Shown here: piece after piece, positions 40,034 to 53,228 of the stretch
How the letters are laid out: each line of letters begins with the position of its first letter
Numbering within the stretch: the first letter of the stretch is position 1
NCBI GenBank assembly: GCA_050575255.1
Contig: JBNZDD010013732.1
Coordinates: 21,152,244 to 21,216,243 of the forward strand
Direction: 5' to 3'
Source: Harriotta raleighana
Taxonomy: Eukaryota
DNA: 64,000 bases
Notes under the pieces: generated by a model
Database searches by the model: none
Told to the model about the DNA's origin: nothing
The model's input: only the letters and a program-made list of their open reading frames with translations
Position numbers and translations under genes: made by a program

Positions 40034-41614
40034 GTAAGTCATTCATTTGTCAATAATTATTAATTTTTCTGTTGCCTCCCACATGGTTTATTTCTGTATC
40101 CCTCTCCTTTAATCCATTTATCTTTCTGCCCGCAAATATCATTAGGTTCATTCTGTTTCATCAGTATCGTTCTTTCTGAGGCAGAGCAGTGATCATTCAG
40201 TTTTATTTACAATCTGTTTAATCGCTGGGATTTGGGGATCTGAGGACACCATTGGTTGAGACTGGTGACCTTTTTGACAGGTGAAGCAATTTGAGTTCGC
40301 TTAACCAAGCTATGATGTTACCATGGAAACGGGCCCTTCCCCCATGCACCTTGTCTTGGCCTCTCTCCCCCTGATCTTGCTTCTGCGCCTATCTCTCTCA
40401 CCCTCTGGCCTTTCTCCCTCATCAATTCTCCCCTCCACATTCTAGCCTTGCTCCTGCTCTGGTCCTGAAATCCTCTCTAGGTGAGATTGCGCCTCACTTG
40501 CCTCATCTGATCAGTCACCATCAGACACAATCCACAAGGGCTGCCATTATCATCCCAAAGTGCCATTCGATTGACTGATGCAACGTTTCAAAACATTCAG
40601 GCCTGTTTAATCAGATTTCTCTGCCTTCGCCGGAGCCCATACACATATCTAAGGTCAAACTCTCTCAATCCTAAATGCTAGCCTTGAAACTAGATGTATC
40701 TACGTCAGCGCATGCTTGCACCACATCTCCCAAGTACCGATGTCAGCACTATTCGGGGGAGCTTTCATTTCTTCAACTCCTGCTCATGGCAAGTCTTACA
40801 AACCCTGGTCTGTGCATAGATCAAAAATAATTGCTACACATGGTTAAAGTACCCGCTGAGCTGTCCTCTGTTAGTTTCACTGCTCCATCTGGATTTGCAA
40901 TCTGCTCAGATTTCAAATTTCTAATTTGAAAATGAAACTGGAAAGGTCCTCTGTGGGTTCTCTTAGCTACGTGCAATGGAGTAAGGTAAGGGAACCACCA
41001 GGCTACATTTTTGATCTCATGGTCAAAAACATGAGAACAAATTACCTGGACACTGAATTTAGAGATTGCAGTGCTTATTCTCTAATGACAATTTATTTTT
41101 CTTTGATGTCATTCATAGTTCACTTTTTACTATTAAGTTAAAACAAAGTACTAATTTCTTGCAGTTGTGCACTGTTGAGGGATGATGAGATGGAGGAAAG
41201 GGAGTGAGAGATATGGGGGCATGAGAGCAAAAGAGGAGAAACTTGTGCTGAAGAACAGCAGTGATGGTTGACAGATAGTGGAGGATTAGTCTGACTCTAG
41301 GTGCAGATATAGACTGTATTATGCAATACATGAGATATCTCAAACTCCACAACATTACATGGCTAAATTAATAGATGGCAGTCAGAATGACAGTGTAACA
41401 GATGCGCAAGAAAATTGTGTTTGTGTGCAAAGAAAAAAACGGTTGAGGTTTTCAGTATTTTTTAGATTGAATGTTCAACAATCAATCCATCCAGAGTAGC
41501 AGTGTGGTCACTGTGTTTGTTACTCTTAATCAGAGCTGGCCGCTGCATCTTAAAACAATGTGCATGGTACAACTATGTAAATGATCTTTCTACAAGATCT
41601 TTCTAATATTGCTT

Positions 41615-41930
41615 ACAACAACAACAAATTACATTTGTATAGGATTTTTCATGGCAAAAGAATGTATCAAGCTGCTGGACAGTCAAGAATTTACATCCGA
41701 GCTGGGTGTTAGGATCAGGAGGGGTAGAGAGCAGGGAGGGTGGGGGGGGTGGGAGGATGACTAAAGGCACTGTCAGAAGAGGAAGGTCTTGAGATGGCCA
41801 TTTAATTGAGGAGGATGAGGCGAAGGGACTATGGGATGGAGTTCCAAAGGTTTAGGGAAGAGAGGTGGAAGGCCTGACCAATGATGGTAGGCAGCCAGGC
41901 CTGGGGACATGGAATAATTCAGAGTCCAAC
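41615..41930 (-). mobile_element. Decayed L2-clade LINE 3' fragment
   Basis: (caa)n aattacatttgtatag...ggaaggtcttgaga...ggatggagttcca. Confidence 0.7.
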
Positions 41931-44900
41931 GACCTGGTCATTTACCACTTCATCTGGTATTGTTTTGAACCTTGATTTCTAATTACAACGCATTGCATGC
42001 TGGTGGGTATCAAGCAGTCTGTTTTGGATATTGGATGAATTTCACGGACAGCAGGTGGTGCTACAACTTAAGGAATAAACTGTGACTGAGATCACATACA
42101 AAGTACACAAATTGTGCTATAGATATGATAGCAAGTTTATTTCCTTATTCTCTTGTTTATTTTCCCCAAGTATTTCACAACCCTACAGCCCTTGTAAATG
42201 TTCCAATTCAAGTCGATTAAATAAACTGCAGACAAATCCAACCTCTCTTATTTTTCTTTGTAAGTCTATAAAGTTTTACAACACCAGAGGAGACCACCTT
42301 GAGCTTGAACGAACTCCCCACTGCTGGAGCTATCTGCTCACAGCCCATTGCCATTGCTCTTCCCCCTCCCCCCATACATAGGCCTTTTGTTTTTCCTCTA
42401 GTATTTATCCAATTCCCTTTTAAATGTTGCAGTGGACTCGCCTTTCAACAGCTATTTGGGGAAAGTTATTTCATATTATAGCAATCAAACAAACATTTTC
42501 TTCTTATCTCCTTACCCCGTGCTCCCCCACTCCCCACCTTTTTTTTCATCTCATGAAAAAAATTCAATTTCTGGAGCTTATCCTCTGTTTTACAGTTTTT
42601 AGATGGAATCTGATATTATTTTGTAACCAAAGTTGCAATTCCGATTTACAGTGTTACTGCTTGTGGCAGAAGTGTAACTTGTGCCTTTGTAACATTAGGG
42701 AAGAGGGTCCGTTGTTTGTGATTTTGGCAAATGTAATGTTCAGTAGTGGAGTCACTAGCAATGCTTTAGCACATGTTGCTTTACTAGCCACCGAACAAAG
42801 GCCCTTAAACTCTCGAGTTAACCAGGCTTGTGAATATAAATAATCAGATTCAAGGAACTCCACGTTTTTGTTGATGAAACAAATGCATATTTTTCTTTTT
42901 GTATCTGATCTTTTAAATTGCCAACCAGTCTTTACATAATTAATAAGAAATGTGTGGCAAGCTCATCATCTGCCTCGTTTCGCGCAAACAGACAGCAGCC
43001 GTCTTGATCATTCTGGATCCTCTGTGAAACTGCCACACTGCGTATTCTCAAACTAATGCTGTATATGTTTGACAACGCACAGATGAATCCAGGAGTTATC
43101 GGTGCGGGGGTTTGAATCTAAGCGGCAGCTGACGTTAGAATCAGCCTTCATGTATAGCTCTAAGCTAGTTCGGGGAAGCTGTGCTGCTGTGGTATGAAGG
43201 ATTTTTTAAAAATGCCTTCAGTAATGTGTGGAAGAGAAATATTTTTCAAGAAAAAAAGCCATTGGCCTGCATTAAAATTGAAATGAGCTTAATAAGTAAT
43301 TCTGAAAATTTGTGACACTTTGTGATCATTTAACTAAGATTCAAAATAATGACTGCATTAATTAAAACCCATCCAATTACCTGGGATTAGCTATTAAAAG
43401 CTGAAGTATCAAATGTGGAGTTATATATCTTCGGGCTGTTTGCTTCAGAAATCTAGTCTGCCTCAAGCATTTGATGTGAATTTTATACGTCTTTCAAAAT
43501 CGAAATTGTAAAGACTTTTTTCCATAGGAAATTATAAATAATGCAATGGCAGTAATGCAATATTTATTTTTAACAAGTTAATTCATGGGGAGATGCTTGT
43601 GATTATTCATGGGGCGATGTTTATGTCATTAGATGCTATTAAAGATGTTTGCTCTGAATATTTATATTTATTATTGTGCATGTCTCCCGTGCCTCTCTAA
43701 AGTTTAGATTAATCACACTTCTGATTCAAATTATTTCATACCATTTACGGGGCATTGTTTATTACGATTTAGTGTTACTGCACTTACTGTTGAAACTTGG
43801 ATATTGGTTGCTTGTACTCTGGTCTGATCATGTTATCAAACTGTTGGCGAATATGGGAAAATCTCCTTAAAATTTGGTATCAATATGATCTGTGATTGGT
43901 GTCACCTGTCACTAATACCAATAATTTGACAGATAAGATGTATTTTCTTTATACTGTAAATGTCATAATCCTGGATCCATGGGTTTGGTCAAGTATTAGC
44001 TTGTGTGTGTGTGTGTATGCCTGTGTGTCTACATACACACTGCTGTGTGTACGCATCCTCATGAATGTATATATGTGTGTGTGTGTGTATGTGCAGTGGA
44101 GGAAGGACTAAACTGATATCCTACCTCTAAAAATCGCCTTAAAGTATTGAAGATAAATTAACTGACTTTAAAGCCTGTCATAGTAGGTCTTTGACCACTG
44201 CAGTTAATGTCTCTCCCCTATTGGCATCAGTGCCTTCTGCTCTGGAGATATTTGGCTTGTAATGTTGTGCTGTCACCAGCAGAAACTTGACCTCCTTCTC
44301 AGTCCTGCAGTGTTTGTAACTCAGTACTTGATTGATTTCTCAGGAAAGGATATACAGTACTTAGGTTAAGGGCTTATTATTGAAAGAACGAGTTTGTAAA
44401 ATATTGTTCCGAGTAACGCACAAAATACTGAAGAGTTATGGGTATGGGTGGGAGATGTCCCATTTGTCTCCTCACCAAACTGCAATCTGGATATTGCTCA
44501 GTTACGTGCTTTGCGGGAAGAAGGGGGAAGATTCACCTGTCTTGCTCTTAACATCACAATGTTTGCAACTGAGCACCATGTCATGTGGAGAACAAGAATG
44601 CCTCAGTGATCAAAATGTGATCTTATTTTGATGATGTAAGGCGGAGGGGCTCCAAGATACAGATCCAGAGGGTGGGGGCAGAAAGGCCAAAGGCTCAACC
44701 ACCAATAGTGGAGCAAATAGAGTGGATGTGGAGCAGGTAGAGGAGCAGATAGTTGGTAAAGATTTAGTGGGTCACAGAGGTTTACCCCACCAGAGAAGCC
44801 AGGAGAGAAGGGGGGTGATTGGCTCACAGAGTTAAGATTGGCACTTACAAACTGGGATGCAAGGAAGCATGTCAGCAGCCCAGTGACATTGTTCCAGGTG

Positions 44901-45545
44901 ACTCCTTTCAGGTGGGTCAAGGGTGACATCACATATAAAGGAGGTCTCCGGCCTACCCTCCTTGAAGATGGCAGGACTCAATGGACTCACAGAAGAAATA
45001 TTTTTATATTAAGTGTGTTTTTATTTTTGCCGTAATCCAATTGGCCAAATTTATTTGATTGATTTATGTCTTAAAGATTGCTACCGATGATGTAAACTAG
45101 TCATTTGCTCTATGATACAATATTGTGCAAGTGGTTAAAAAAAACGTGTGATGATAGTCTCAGGAGAAGGTGATGGAGATAATGAGTGTGTATGATAATG
45201 AGTAGTACGGTAAGTATTCATGCACTGGGTCTGGCGGTGCTGACGCTATCCAGATTGTGAACTGTAACAGACCAAGTAAATAGAGGCCCTAGCACACCGT
45301 GTGCTTATTCTTCCATTCCCCAACTTGTCATCGCATTTACCACACCTTAAAGGTTACAACTGAGATCAGACCTGGGTATTGATTCATCTTGCTGACGTTT
45401 GGCATTCTGTTTTCCACATCTGTTTTTTTTTCTGTTGCAGAAATTAAGCAAAAATGCCCATTTTTGCCAACAATAACATTGTGAAAATGCAAATGCCTCA
45501 TTATGCTTTGGTTCTTAATGTGTCCACTTTTTTTTTACTTGGCAG

Positions 45546-45833
45546 TAAAGGATGAAGCTGAACCAGGTTTGCTAAATGACTCACTTAAAGCCCACTCCAC
45601 CAAGCCCCACACATTGTCAAATGCTGTACCTATTACAGAAGGCCCTGAAGCTGTGCGGCTTGTTAATACCCGTAAAGGAAGCCTCCTCTTGTCCAGTGAC
45701 TCTTCACTCAGGCGCCTAAGTCTGCTGAATACAAGTGATCAAGGAAGAGGTGCCCAGTGTAGGTTACAGCGTGCATGCAGCTTGCCTGTGAAATACAGAT
45801 ACCACCCCAACAATGCTACATGCGACGATCTCT
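45546..45833 (+). CDS. KCNMA1: Probable KCNMA1 alternative 288-nt (96 aa) exon at site C2: (L)KDEAEPGLL...RKGSLLLSSDSSLRRLSLL...RACSLPVKYRYHPNNATCDDL
   Basis: Acceptor ttttttttacttggcAG, donor TCT|gtaggt; exactly 96 codons, phase 1-1, stop-free (inside ORF 45503..45943); not repeat-like. Confidence 0.72.
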
Positions 45834-46369
45834 GTAGGTTTCCCCTCGACTGCACTCATCAGCTGGTGCAGACACATATGCATGAAATTCTAGCTTTGGG
45901 TGTTTTTATTTTGTTCCCCCAAAAACCCAAATCTGCCAAGTGATGATAAGACAGTGGGGCCCTCCATATGTGATCCTTTTCTGATCTGGTGTGAACTCAA
46001 CCTCTGCTCAATAGCAACCTAGACATGGGGGAGATGGGGGGTTGGGGATTGGGGGGGATAAGCGATTGGAAAAGGGGAGAATTTAAAAATGATCTTACAT
46101 AAATAAATCAAATTTCCTGGTTGGTACAAAAAAGGTCTTGATTATAAGAACTGTCATTTTCTGAGTTTAAACTTCACTGTGTAAACTTCACTGTGTTTTG
46201 AAGTTTAAGTGATCTTTAGAAAGTGGTTGCACTACAATCACAGCAGTTTTGTTGTGTTGACGTAACATATTGTTAAGTAGAAATTTCAGGATACCCCAAA
46301 AAACAGTAGCAAAGTTATATGATATTTAATATAATTTGTCACTGATGATTGTCGGCCTGTGCCTTCCTG

Positions 46370-46498
46370 AGCAATTGGCTGCTGGGTTTTGCCCACAAAA
46401 TACATAATCACTACACTTCAGTATATACTGTGAAGCACTTTGAGACATCTTGAAGATTTAATCAAGCGCAATATCAAAGGCAAAGATTATTATTATTT
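46370..46498 (+). mobile_element. SINE 3' tail fragment
   Basis: gcaattggctgc...gtgaagcactttgagacatc...atatcaaaggcaaaga(tta)n. Confidence 0.7.
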
Positions 46499-48642
46499 AG
46501 AACTCTTTCTATGTTTTGTATGTAAATATCTGTCGCTGTAGATTCTAACCCACCATTGTACATATCACTCTGTGTACATTATTCAGAGAGTGCAACCTCT
46601 TAAGTTTGAAGAAGCAATGCACTGTCCCAGTCTGATGATACCCAAAAGCACAGACAAATCTCTTAACAACTAGGAAATGAAGAACAAAATGACATGCAAA
46701 TGTTGAAAACGGCTTGAGATTTTTTTTGCAATAATAGATTACACCTTTAAAGGAAAAGAATACGTCTTTCCCAGGTTTTGTGGATCACTCTCTCGGGGAA
46801 TCATGTCATCTTATCACTTGCCAGTAATAACAGTTTGAAGTTTGACTAAACATCTTCCAGAAAATGATTGAGAATTCCCATGCCAGAACTTTTCTTTTAA
46901 CTTTCAAACCAGACAACATCCCAGTCCGCCCATATTAAACAACCCTTGAAATTATTTTCTTTCCAGCTACAAGTCTGGCCGTGGCTCGAGTCTTCTGTAG
47001 GCAGACACACTTTAGGAGTTTTTTTTAAAAAAAAGAAATATTTTTATAAACTAATCTCTTACTAATTCCATACTAGACAATATTGCCAATTGCCCACAGA
47101 AAGTGGTGGCAGATGTCATTACTAACAGGTTAAAAGTCACAGCGAAATGCAATTTAAATGATCAGGCTGGATATTTGAGTTGTGTCTAAGCAAAACTTCC
47201 AACAGTTAAAATAATGCAGTTCACTTCAATGGAGGACCTTTTTTTGCTCTTTTGTCGTGTGCCATTCTTTGATTCAGGCTTGTAGCTATATACACACACA
47301 CACATACAACATTCATTGTGGGTGCCTGAACTAGTTTCAGTTTGGCATGACTCCCTGAGAGCTCAAAAGGGTTAGCAGAGTACAGTATATGGGAGTAGGG
47401 AAATGTGTAGTAAGCAAACCCCAGACAGTAACCTTGTACAGTAACCAAGTTTTTTTTTTTTGGAATTCCGTATTTCCATTTATTTCTTTGTCAGCGATGG
47501 ACCTTCTTGACAATTACTTGAGGCATTGTTTTTATATTCTCTCTATCTGCTCTTCTCTCGTTACTCAATTCTAACTGACTGTTAACTCTGCACTATTTTC
47601 TGTTTTGCTCAGATTGTTGTACCAATACATGTGGCTTCTCTCTGTAGGATAGTTGAAATTGTGAAAAAACAATTTTTAAAAAAGCATCCTTTATTTCTTG
47701 ATGTACACAAAGATATACATGTGTATTTGTGGGTCTGTTTTTCCACAACAATATACAGTGTCTCCATTTTACGGTATAACTTTTATAACTCCACCATACC
47801 CATCCCGACCCCAACTCAAGTCCGAAACACATGACTATAAATTTGTTGTTATTGTTGAAGCACTTTGAGATGTCCTCCCGTCTTGCAAGGTTCTAAATTG
47901 AATGCAAGGATCATTATTATTTTATTATTATTGATCACAAAAGCCCTTTATTTGAAGGACTCGGGAAATATTCTATCTCATCAGTAAATTCATGAATGCA
48001 GTCTGACTTTCTTGAATTTTTCTGAACGTGCCATAAGTAAGGTGTCGGCTGAATTTAGCAAGATAACCAAATCTCTTATTCAGTAAATGTAAACCTTGAA
48101 CTGAATGACAGATGAGATATACAGAAACAGTGTGGTGTGGGTTTAAAATCTTTGGAGTGTTAAAACACGGCTAATGTAGACAACTTGAATTAATAGTGTC
48201 TCCTTAATGGATTAAATCCTTGGGTTACACTTTGCCTGGCTTTTTAACGGGCAACTGCACTGACATTTTCTGAAAGGCTGGAGATTACACTCGGTAGGAT
48301 TTTTTCACACAACTTGTTTGTTTTGCTCAATCCTGCAAATTCCTGCATAGTTCCCGTAGTCACTGCTGGTTTAACATTGAAGGCTGTGAGCCGGAAACAA
48401 CGCGTTAATGCCGCACGCTCTAGAGTGACACCTTCTTTAACCCAAGTGGTTTGATTTCTACTTAAAAATAATTGTTGTTGTATTTTAGATATTTAACCTG
48501 TACAAAGTCTTCAATTTTGTTATTTACGCTTTCTGAGTGGGGCAGTTGGTTCCTTCACCCTCAACCACCCAAATTAAAACTGTGCCTTCCCTGTGAGTTC
48601 TGTTTTGATAAACATTGTTTTCAATTTTCCTTTAATTGATAT

Positions 48643-48644
<2 letters not shown>

Positions 48645-48674
<30 letters not shown>
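48645..48674 (+). repeat. (TG)15 microsatellite
   Basis: Perfect TG dinucleotide run. Confidence 0.95.
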
Positions 48675-48675
<1 letters not shown>

Positions 48676-48962
48676 TTAGTGTTTAGCAATATTGAGTGCT
48701 AGATTACCTTAGTCACGCCTTTAGGGTTTTGAACTGGTTTGTTTTTGATTAATACGTTAGCCCGTACTTAGTCCTCATTTGATTTTCTTTTCTTTTCCCC
48801 GAGTAACCCGTTCGTTGCTATGTAGAGGAAATCTTTAACTTTCATAATGAGTCACTTTCTGTTTAAATATGCAATTTTTAAAAAAATTGTTTAATTTCCA
48901 TTTCTGGCATACTTCTGAAAATGGCTCCTAAACTCACATCTTCCGTATGTTTGCAGTTGCAG

Positions 48963-49056
48963 TTGAAGATGAACATCCATCAGCACTGTCACCCAAAAAA
49001 AAGCAGCGCAACGGAGGCATGCGAAACTCACCCAACGGTTCACCCAAATTGATGAG
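48963..49056 (+). CDS. KCNMA1: KCNMA1 exon (94 nt, phase 1-2): [31 protein letters not shown](R); alternative acceptor at 48957 adds 6 nt
   Basis: Tandem acceptors ttgcAG|ttgcAG|TTGAAGAT; donor GAG|gtaaga. Confidence 0.97.
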
Positions 49057-51129
49057 GTAAGAAAAGACAGCTAAAGAACTCTCTGTTTGAAGAGAAAGAG
49101 AGCGAGCGAGAAAAATCCTTAAAGGCTGAAGTATTTATTCTGTCAGCCTGTCAGCGGTTAATGATAGAGCTGAAAAATTTCTGTCATGAAAGAGGGTAGG
49201 CAAAGCTGTTAGAGAGAATGCAGGCTTTAAACTCTCAGCTGTCACCTCAGTCTGTCCACATGTATTTCTTAAACAGCAATGGCACTAATGACAGCAGTAA
49301 CCAATCAGAGAGACTCATACGGTTACCTTCCCTCAGGCTATTCCCTGTGTCTACGAGTCCCTTGGAGTACTGTTTTCTGTACTTGAGGCCATATGTGAGA
49401 TGTATCGTAACAATGAAAAATGAACCCAAATTTTTACATTCCTTTTATCTTGTCCATTTGCATTAAATTGTCGTTAATTGATTTTGACTCCGAGGAGAGA
49501 GAGAGGGCGCGGGAGTGGGTGGAAGCTAAATAATTGGCAGGTTCGGTAACGGGAAGTTTACGAGCTGGTGATGAGTGAGGGGAGCAATTGGTTGCTACCG
49601 TGTCACGGGTTAACCTGCACTCGGTGTTTGACAAGTAAACAGCTTCATCCACTTAGCATATGAAACAATCATACAAGAAAATTGCTTGGGGTTTACAGAA
49701 GCTCCAAATCTTATTTTTTTGCAGAACAGAGGGTCCCTATTTACAATGTAAAGTATGCACCAACCTCTTTTGATCTCTACACAGTAATAATTCTGAGGAG
49801 TGGGTTGAACTCTTATGGTGCGCTTCAAAGCTGTGCCGAACTTTTGCTGCTGTAGGGTAATCCTTTATATTACTGGCCCTCGGGTGGCTGAATGACAGGT
49901 CTTCTGTGCTAGGTGGAGCTTTCTCAAGTTGTAGCCTTCAGCAAAATGTGGAATTACTGAACAGAGAATCACCCGGGCTTTCAGAAATTTGTTTCCTGCA
50001 GATATATCATACCTTAAATATTACATATTTTGGAATTACAAGGTACATTTTATGGGCAATATGAAGTGCTGGTTTAAAGCAGCCTAAGGGGTTCTTATTG
50101 CGCAAGGTGAAAAAAATGGTATATATTGTATCAAATATGGTTTTTACAGGCAGATATGCCTCAAGGTCTTTGTAAATAAGTAATGATCAACAGTTTGGAT
50201 GTGGGTTTTGAAAAGCATGCCTTTGTCAGTTTGCATGATGGGAGCTCAACATTTCAAAGAGCAGCTTGCTTTCATTGCCTGGCGAAGTGGGACTGAGGGA
50301 GAATAGTCATCCCTGCTAGTGCTGTCTAGTCAGCATCAAATTGGAATTGCTAAACGCAGCTTGAACACCAAGCGCAGAACTGTTTGAGCTTTCAATATAA
50401 CAAGTTCTAACGAGTGCCAGCCCAACATTCTTTACATGAAATTAACACCCTTCTGACGGACTGCAGAAGGTCATCGGATACCCCGTTCTAATTGTAGTCT
50501 GCGAATGTTAGGTCTATTAATCATAACGCATTTGTTCGGATCCATCAGAACAGAGCATTACAGTGAAACAAATGTTGCAGTTATTCCCTGTGAGTAGCAG
50601 CGTTCGGCAGAGTTTGCCAGTGACAGGCTGCGATGAGTGACAGTTTGTGAAAGATAGCTATCTTGGTGGAGCTTTACAGCGCCAGTCAAGGCAGTCAGAA
50701 AGGATTGAAGTGACAGAGGTCCATTGACTGAATGTTGAAACACACAGAGCATCATGAAATATTCAGCCGCGGTGTAAAATCACTAAATGATTTCTCACTT
50801 ATTAGCACCTGTACTGACTGCGTACATCTAGACGACTGAGATGTTAATGGACAAATGTTTTGTCATGATGATTGCGAAGGGCTGAGTGAATGTGGAATTT
50901 GAAGGGAAATGAACATGAGGTTTTAGAAAGAATAATTTCCTCTGAAAATAGAAGTTTTGGGACAGTCAGATTGATGAATAAAACACCAAACCCTGGTTAC
51001 ATGGCCTGGTGGGCTTTGTGATTTTGCTCCTGGCTGTCACTTGTCAGGCAGCACAGGTTGCTGTATGCTTGTAATGCGTTAACCACAATTTTTGCCCTTA
51101 CTGCTGCTCGCAGATTTGATGATACAATT

Positions 51130-51670
51130 TTGGTTTGCATGCTCCCCCTCGGCGATGTCATCCACAGATGTGTGGTCAACTTCCATATGTAGACAGATGA
51201 CACCCAGATCCCCTGATCTCCTGTCAACTTGTTTGACGGACATTAAAAATAATAATAATCATTGCATTTGATAAAGCGCCTTATCACATTTTTGAGACAT
51301 CTCTTAGTGCTTCACATTAAGGCCTGGATGAATGCTACTCACCCACACAAAACTCAGTACCCTGATCACACTAGTCCTTGCCAGGCCCCACTGGTTACCA
51401 ATTATCAAACGGATTGATTTCAAGATCCTCTTACTAGTTTTCAAATTCCTTTTTACCCTCACACCTCCCTACCTATCTGACCTGGAATTTTCTCCCTCAA
51501 TCCCTCTGTTTTGCCTCCTCTCTCCCCACCTTCAAATTTTGCCTCAAGAAATCTACCTTTTGATCGTGCTTTTGTTCACCTCCCCATCCGTCTCCCTCTG
51601 GCTCGTTGTCAGACTGTCAAGTGCCCCAGGATGCTGCCCTGCTTGTTGTTATAAATGCAAATTGTTATTG
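51130..51670 (+). mobile_element. L2-clade LINE ORF2 remnant, interrupted by an antisense SINE tail (~51247-51318)
   Basis: MLPLGDVIHRC..FHM*TDDTQI (decayed YADD RT motif), then HWLPIIKRIDFKILLLVFK...PPYLSDL (ORF 51332..51718). Confidence 0.8.
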
Positions 51671-53104
51671 GTTTGCACAATGGACTTAACACTCAAAGCA
51701 CAGAATCTTGCAGAGTGATAGGAAGTGAATTTAGATTGTCGCAAAGTGGAATGTGACAAGGTTGAACTTTGGCTGGGATGCGTTTACACCTTTGTCCCAT
51801 GCCAAAATATTTTTTGAGTGGCTGCTCCATATTTCTCCATAACATTTTTACGATTCCCAGCTCATCGTTTTCAAATGTCTGCAGTGTTGACCTGTATCAG
51901 TTGCAGAGAGACAGAGTGTTGTGTTACAGAGGGGGGCTGTAAGAGCCAAACAAGTCATTACACGGCAACAATTTAGGGTACCATGTAGGTCAATGTGAGG
52001 GGAATAACAAACCGTAGTGGAAACCAACATGGGTGAAAGAGTTAAAAGAAAGCATGTTTTGGACACTCCAATGCATCTTTTGACACTTTAATGAAGTGGA
52101 CACGTGGGTTGGGGAGGAGGAGATGTCTGCATAGACTGTCTTTTAGTATATTAGCACTTATGGGGATTGAATTGTCAGAAATATAATGTTTGGTCATAAC
52201 GGCTCTAAGTACAGTTGATGTATTTCTGAAAAGTGTACCTCGTTTTATGAAGAGGCAGATATTTTAGGTCGTTTTGAGTGAATAATCAGGGCTGTCATAC
52301 CCCTTTTTTTCTCTGTCATTTCTTAAATATATCTTATGTAGGAACAGCTAAATGTAAGGTATGTTGTCATTCTAATTTTTTTTTAAAAAAAGGTCCTGGA
52401 ATTTCAAATAATGGGAATAATGGTAGAGCTTCGGCTGAGTCGGGGGGTGAAAAGGTTTCTATTGAAAGCTCTATTGCTGAGTATTCAAGACAGAGGCTCG
52501 GGATGACAGCTGTTGAAGAAATGATAGATGTGCCGAACGCAGTGAAATGTTAGAAGTGCTGTCACTGATGGCCAGGTGGCAGATGCTGATGACCACTTTT
52601 ATACTCGATGTTCCTCAGAATAAAAATCATCTGCTCACGACGCAGATGTAAATTAATCAATCTGCTCTTGGAACTGACACTTGCTGAAACTTTAATGGCT
52701 TCCAGTTTCCAAAAGCAAAATATGATGGGGCAAAATTGCTAAAATATTTCAAGTGCTCGCTCCCTGTTAAAGCTTTTATTGCACCGCGAAAGGCATCAAA
52801 AGTCGTATGCGGTAAAAGCATGTAATTGGCTTTTCATCTTCATGCCAGCGTGAAGCTCTGTTTCTATCTATTCCACCTCATTGCAGCAACTAATGTGAGC
52901 CCTTTGATAATTTTTTCGGGGGTGGGGGTGAGAGTTGCGGTGCCTCGGAATAAGGACTGCCAGTAATAGGATTGCTAGTAAATTAAACGAGCCGCATTCA
53001 TTAAGCGCTCCTGCCTGGTAGTGACTTGTCATGTGGTTGAAAGTAGATTGAGAGCGATGTCAAGGATGATTGACAGCTCCTCTCTTGCACTTGTGTCTCT
53101 GCAG

Positions 53105-53228
53105 GCACGACCCCTTGTTAATTCCTGGAAATGACCAGATTGAAGAGATGGACGCTAATGTGAAGAAATACGATTCCACCGGGATGTTTCACTGGTGCCT
53201 GCCGAAGGACATCGAAAAGGTCATTCTG
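53105..53228 (+). CDS. KCNMA1: KCNMA1 constitutive exon (124 nt, phase 2-0): [41 protein letters not shown]
   Basis: Acceptor tctctgcAG, donor CTG|gtgggt; within ORF 53070..53252. Confidence 0.97.

Noticed and set aside
47613-47643. Good acceptor followed by a Cys-rich HCCTNTCGFSL frame
   Set aside because: Only weak donors; 31 nt is not symmetric and read-through hits TAG.
26281-48956. Homolog of the mammalian KVAARSRYSKDPFEF... C2 exon
   Set aside because: No recognisable match found by eye; tBLASTn is needed to exclude a diverged copy.
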